DNA from: Hormiphora californensis
Taxonomy: Eukaryota > Animalia > Ctenophora
DNA: 64,000 bases
NCBI GenBank assembly: GCA_020137815.1
Contig: CM035351.1
Span: forward strand, 5,208,001-5,272,000
Reading direction: 5' to 3'
Shown here: one piece after another, positions 58,113 to 64,000 of the stretch
How positions within the stretch are numbered: the first letter of the stretch is position 1
Layout: each line of letters opens with the position of its first letter
Program-made: the position numbers and the translations under genes
The notes under the pieces: generated by a model
Databases searched by the model: none
Seen by the model: only the letters and a program-made list of their open reading frames with translations
What the model was told of the DNA's origin: nothing

Positions 58113-59389
58113 TTTGGTAACACCTGCAGGTATGGGATAGTGTCACATGGGTAACTGCAGTAGGGGGGTAGATCGAGGGTAGCTAAGGTCTAAATAAAGT
58201 TACCGCTTACTCCTGTTACAGAAGTTGTTAAGAGTAAAACTTACGCTGAGAGGAATACCTTCCACCGCCGCTGCCAGAATGATTTGTTGTCCGTGTGTAC
58301 ATGGTTCACAATCAAGATTTGCAGAGATAAATAGCAGTAGCTGGAAGACAGAAAATTGAGACACAAGTACTACTACTAAACACACACACACACACAAACT
58401 AACTTACTTACCTTGCGGATCGTGTACCATCTTTCAGTGATGACGTCACTAGCCAAGAATGTGACGGCACCAGATTATCATGATCTGGAGCTAATCAGCC
58501 AACTTATCAAGGGGGTAGGGGATATCCAAATCACTATCAGGATCGTATCCGAAAGATCTCTCCAGAATAACTTACCCAGCTGTTATACCCGCCACTGGCA
58601 GTAGCGGGTACTGGGTAAAAAGCACTGTAGGGTGTGTCACTAAACATTATCTTTCTCACCCTCTCTCTGTTTCTGCATTTTTCATTCCTTTCTATAAAAT
58701 TCACCCCATACCCCTCCGTGTTACGGATGCAAGTTGATGGCGTCAGAACTTCAAGGAACTCGAGCGTCGTGTGAGATGCAAAGTGTATCATGTTTCTCTC
58801 TTATCATTTCTCTCCGTTCCCCTTTCATTCTCAAGTCGTACCTTGCTATTTGCTTGTTGTGAAGGGGGGACACCAACATACCATGCCTGCTACAAAAGGT
58901 AAAAACCCAAAAATTAGAGGCGAAAGGAGGGCGGGTAGTTTCTACAGACCTCTCTGCAGACAGGGTGAAACTCATCATTATATGCAGTTATCATATTCAT
59001 TCCGTGTGGGGTTTACAGTTACACGAAGTCATCACGTCCCTGCCAGTGTATCTTTCCCCCCGCTGTCTTGTGTGTGTGTCATTCCTCTCCTGCCTCTCTG
59101 TGCCCCCACCCCCTGGCGGTTGTATATATCTCTTCAAATATGACCAGGGGACGCCCAGGGGTGGTGAGGTTTGCGCCCTTCGTTGTTTTTACCCCACCCA
59201 TCATACGAGGTATCTTGGAATGCAATATGTTTATGGGATTATTTTAAAATTAGTGCCACCGTTTGAGTGTTCAATGCAGTGTCAAGTCCAGGAAATCTAT
59301 TGATTTTACTTTCTATTTCCAGGACCAAGTTTTATCCTAAAGGCAGATATTGAGGGTCAGTTGTCTTGCTCTGTTTCAGCCACGGATGG

Positions 59390-59570
59390 TCAATCAATCA
59401 GAGATGCATTCAAGGTAGGTCAGTCAATCAGAGACGCATTCAAGGTAGGTCAGTCAATCAGAGACTCATTCAAGGTAGGTCAGTCAATCAGAGACGCATT
59501 CAAGGTAGGACAGTCAATCAGAGACACATTCAAGGTAGGTCAGTCAATCAGAGACTCATTCAAGGTAGGT
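59390..59570. repeat. 30-bp minisatellite (CAATCAGAGACGCATTCAAGGTAGGTCAGT)n, ~6 units
   Basis: Direct reading. Confidence 0.92.
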
Positions 59571-62500
59571 GTTAGTAACGGTTCCGAGCTAGTTAGTGGG
59601 TGCCATGTGATCATGGCGATATCTGACACCTTCGTTGAGCAATAATTAAGAGATTTTCTCAATTTCGAGCATGTGATTTGGGTTTTCTGCGATTGGTATC
59701 GTGCAGCAATCTTGAAAGATCTCATAGCACCTCAAAAATAATGATTAGTTCAATGAAATGAGTTGACCTCACGATTGAAAATGGTCGTTGAGTTCAATGT
59801 GGCATCGGTTTTAATCGTATTGATCATAAATCAACTCAATTCATTGAACTAATCATCATTTTGAGGTGCTATGAGATCTTTCAAGATTGCTGCACGATAC
59901 CAATCGCAGAAAACCCGAATCACATGCTCGAAATTGAGAAAATCTCTTAATTATTGCTCAACGAAGGTGTCAGATGTCGCCATGATCACATGGCACCCAC
60001 TAACTAGCTCGGAAACACGTTACTACACCTCTCTGTCATTGCAGGACATGGACCAAACAAAACCCAACACTTTTCATCACTTTAGGGATGTTGGTTCCTG
60101 AATGAGTGGAATGAACTACAAAAATTGAAAAATGAACTTTGAGTTATGACCTTGATTTTTCTTGTGAGCGAAGATCTTTGCTTATCCAATGTTCACCCAA
60201 AGTTTCAAAAAGATTGAACAAAGGGTAGCGGTGATACAGCTGATTGAAAGTCGCAGAAAGAGCCAAAATCATGCATGTTCATTTTCTCAACTGTCATGCG
60301 ACCCGGTGCTTCAATTTGACTTTTATGGTGCTCATTGGAAAGATAATTGCGAGCCAAAGAAAAGTTACTTACTCAAAGTAAACAATATTTCAGAATTCAT
60401 GAATGAACGGCAGCAATGTTCATTCATGAACAAGAATTATTTGCATTATGTATCCATAATGCTACGTTTCCCTGCCCTCTTCGATTTGCCATTCAACTCG
60501 CCCAACGAGTAAGCTGTCCGCAAAATGGGGATTTGTGTTTTTCGAATTTTTGAACAAAACGCAGAACAGATTTTTCAATTTCTCCATAATTTTCACGAAT
60601 CAAAACGCGCGGCCGATATAAAACAAATTTTGCCGCGCGTTACAGTTTATAGCCGCACGCCCCCCATAAAATTTCAATTGTTTGTGCGCGCGCATGTTAC
60701 TCCGCAAGTGTCAGATCGCGCGCGCCGCGAGGTTGCCCGTCGCAACGAAAGTGTGACCAAAATGGTCCCTCTACCGATTAGTTTTCGAATTCTAACCCTG
60801 CTATGCCTTTTTACAAAGTAAAAAGGCATCCGGGTGAATGCCTTCGGCATTCACCCGGGCAGGGAAAAAATGAACTTTTGAAATTTTAATTTAAAACAAA
60901 GCAATCAGTTAGGAAGGAATTAATCCAGCACACTCCCGTAGTTTGTTTTCACACATCTATCACCGTTTTTGCGTGACAGCTCGCCAACCGACCCATAGAA
61001 TATATGGGACACCCTGTACATACGGGGGGGGGGCATGTTAATTTTGTTAACTTTGTTAATATTAACATCGAGAAAACAGGTGATTTATTAACAAAATTAA
61101 CAAAAAGTTAACAAACGTTAACAAATGCCATTTATGCCATCTAAATCCCCTTTAGCACGTATTTTTAGTATTTAACACTTGTTCTGCGAGCAAAGTTGTT
61201 CATTCTGTACGATTTACATACCCCTACTACCACTACTACGGCTTTTCTACAGCGTATTATTCCATTTTGTTAATGTTAATAAATACTAGCCAAACTAAAC
61301 CGCAATTGAAGTCAAATGAGCCTAATCCACATTTTCGCACCCTAAAAACTAAATAAGACTCATGAATTTACCTTAAAACGAAAAATATCCCAAAAATCTA
61401 TTTTTCTAAAAAAACACAAGGATTTGTAGCGAAGCAAATTTTCAATTCTTGACCAAAAAATTGATTTTGGGAAAATTTTATTTCTTTTTTCAACAGAAAC
61501 GTTGTACATCATCTTATTAAGTTCAAAGAATCGATTACTAATTTAAAAATTACGTTTAAGTGAGATTTTATACGCTAAATTGAAATATTTGTAACTTTTG
61601 GAATTTTATCGATTTTGAGGGGATTTTGAGCCAAAAAACCTGTATGTCGGACTTTGGTTATCGGAAAAGGCCTTGTTTGGGTATATATGTGTTAGATAAT
61701 TCATTAAACTATAAAATTAAACCAGTTAAAGTCGTATTATCAACCAATAAGAACAGTCTTTTAGCATTTGTTAATTTTGTTAATTTTGTTAATTAACGTT
61801 AATTAACAAAATCGAAAAAAAGAGGTGATTTATTAAAAATTAACATGTCCCCCCCCCCCCCCCCCCCCGACTGTACTTGTAACTTACTGATATTGTCAGT
61901 GATAATACTTGCAACTTACTGATATTGTCAGTGACAATACTTGTAACTTACTGATATTGTCAGTGACAATACTTGCAACTTACTGATGTTTGGGGGTGGT
62001 ACTGCTGGTGAGTCAGATATCAGTCCTTTGACCATGATAATGGTGCCTACTACCACACACACGTAGAGACCCAACATTTTGGTAACACCTGCAGGTATGG
62101 GATAGTGTCACATGGGTAACTGCAGTAGGGGGGGTAGATCGAGGGTAGCTAAGGTCTAAATAAAGTTACCGCTTACTCCTGTTACAGAAGTTGTTAAGAG
62201 TAAAACTTACGCTGAGAGGAATATCTTCCACCACCGCTGCCAGAATGATTTGTTGTTCGTGTGTACATGGTATACAATCAAGATTTGCAGAGATAAATAG
62301 CAGTAGCTGGAAGGTAGAAAATTGAGACACAAGTACTACTACTAAACACACACACACACACACAAACTAACTTACTTACCTTGCGGATCCTATACCATCT
62401 TTTAGTGACGTCACTAGCCAGGTATGTGACGGCACCAGATTATCATGATCTGGAGCTAATCAGCCAACTTATCAAGGGGGTAGGGGGATATCCAAATCAC

Positions 62501-63977
62501 TATCAGGATCGTATCCGAAAGATCTCTCCAGAATAACTTACCCAGCTGTTATACCCGCCACTGGCAGTAGCGGGTACTGGGTAAAAGCACTGTAGGGTGT
62601 GTCACTAAATATTATCTCTCTCAACCTCTCTCTGTTTCTGCATTTTTCATTCCTTTCTATAAAATTCACCCCCCCCCCCCCGTGTTACGGATGCAAGTTG
62701 ATGGCGTCAGAACTTCAAGGAACTTGAACGTCGTGTGAGATGCAAAGTGTATCATGTTTCTCTCTTATCATTTCTCTCCGTTCCCCTTTCATTCTCAAGT
62801 CGTACCTTGCTATTTGCTTGTTGTGAAGGGGGGACACCAACACCATGCCCGCTACAAAAGGTAAAAACCCAAAAATTAGAGGCGAAAGGAGGGCGGGTAG
62901 TTTCTACAGACCTCTCTGCAGACAGGGTGAAACTCATCATTATATGCAGTTATCATATTCATTCCGTGCGGGGTTTACAGTTACACCAAGTCATCACGTC
63001 CCTGCCAGTGTATCTTTCCCCCCGCTGTCTTGTGTGTGTCATTCCTCTGTGACTTTGTGCCCCCACCCCCTGGCGGTTGTATATATCTTTGTTGTTCAAA
63101 TATGACCAGGGGACGCCCAGGGGTGGTGAGGTTTGCTCCCTTCGTTGTTTTTACCCCACCCATCATACGAGGTATCTTGGAATGCAATATGTTTATGGGA
63201 TTATTTTAAAATTAGTGCCACTGTTTGAGTGTTCAATGCAGTGTCCGGGAAATCTATTGATTTTACTTTCTATTTCCAGGACCAAGTTTTATCCTAAAGG
63301 CGGATATTGAGGGTCAGTTGTCTTGCTCTGTTTCAGCCACGGATGGTCAGTCAATCAGAGACGCATTCAAGGTAGGTCAGTCAATCAGAGACGCCTTCAA
63401 GGTAGGTCAGTCAATCAGAGACGCATTCAAGGTAGGTCAGTCAATCAGAGACGCATTCAAGGTAGGTCAGTCAATCAGAGACGCATTCAAGGTAGGTCAG
63501 TCAATCAGAGACTCATTCAAGGTAGGTCAGTCAATCAGAGACGCATTCAAGGTAGGTCAGTCAATCAGAGACGCATTCAAGGTAGGTCAGTCAATCAGAG
63601 ACGCATTCAAGGTAGGACAGTCAATCAGAGACGCATTCAAGGTAGGTCAGTCAATCAGAGACGCATTCAAGGTAGGTCAGTCAATCAGAGACGCATTCAA
63701 GGTAGGACAGTCAATCAGAGACGCATTCAAGGTAGGTCAGTCAATCAGAGACGCATTCAAGGTAGGTCAGTCTATCAGAGACGCATTCAAGGTAGGTCAG
63801 TCTATCAGAGACGCATTCAAGGTAGGTCAGTCAATCAGAGACGCCTTCAAGGTAGGTCAGTCAATCAGAGACGCATTCAAGGTAGGTCAGTCAATCAGAG
63901 ACGCATTCAAGGTAGGTCAGTCAATCAGAGACGCATTCAAGGTAGGTCAGTCAATTAGAGACGCATTCAAGGTAGGT
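59571..63977. repeat. Tandem duplicate of about 55617-59570, including a second CHST first coding exon (62077-61984)
   Basis: Identical ORFs recur at an offset of 3954 (55917/59871, 56235/60189, 56571/60525). Confidence 0.92.
63346..63977. repeat. 30-bp minisatellite, ~21 units
   Basis: Direct reading. Source of the repetitive ORF 63323-63958. Confidence 0.92.
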
Positions 63978-64000
63978 GACACAGGTAGCAATGGCACCAA

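Noticed and set aside
63323-63958. 211-aa repeat protein or CRISPR-like array
   Set aside because: 30-bp tandem units with no unique spacers, in a eukaryotic context with no cas genes.

Overview
Eukaryotic (animal) genomic DNA. Compact CTAAC-branch introns, (GA)n tracts, intronless nested genes and an LDLa-GPCR suggest a ctenophore or similar invertebrate (inference only). Genes: Enhancer-of-polycomb (EPC, 5' end outside window), a MATH-like/BTB gene, SMIM14, an ankyrin TRP channel, two paralogous class A GPCRs (one with 5 coding exons, one intronless), and a carbohydrate sulfotransferase (CHST-like) whose 9.5-kb intron hosts an antisense intronless LDLa-GPCR. There are many non-autonomous DNA transposons with diagnosable TSDs, a degraded LINE in a low-quality stretch (about 28.3-36.9 kb), minisatellites and a ~4-kb tandem duplication. 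Top finding: a 1,172-bp TIR element with an 8-bp TSD sits inside the MATH-BTB coding sequence. Its terminal repeat reads as a splice donor on one strand and a branch-point-like motif on the other, and splicing to the first host AG restores the frame. This makes it a candidate intron-generating (introner-like) transposon. Second finding: the nested GPCR lies in a ~7.8-kb segment that appears inserted into a minisatellite built from the host gene's splice donor.
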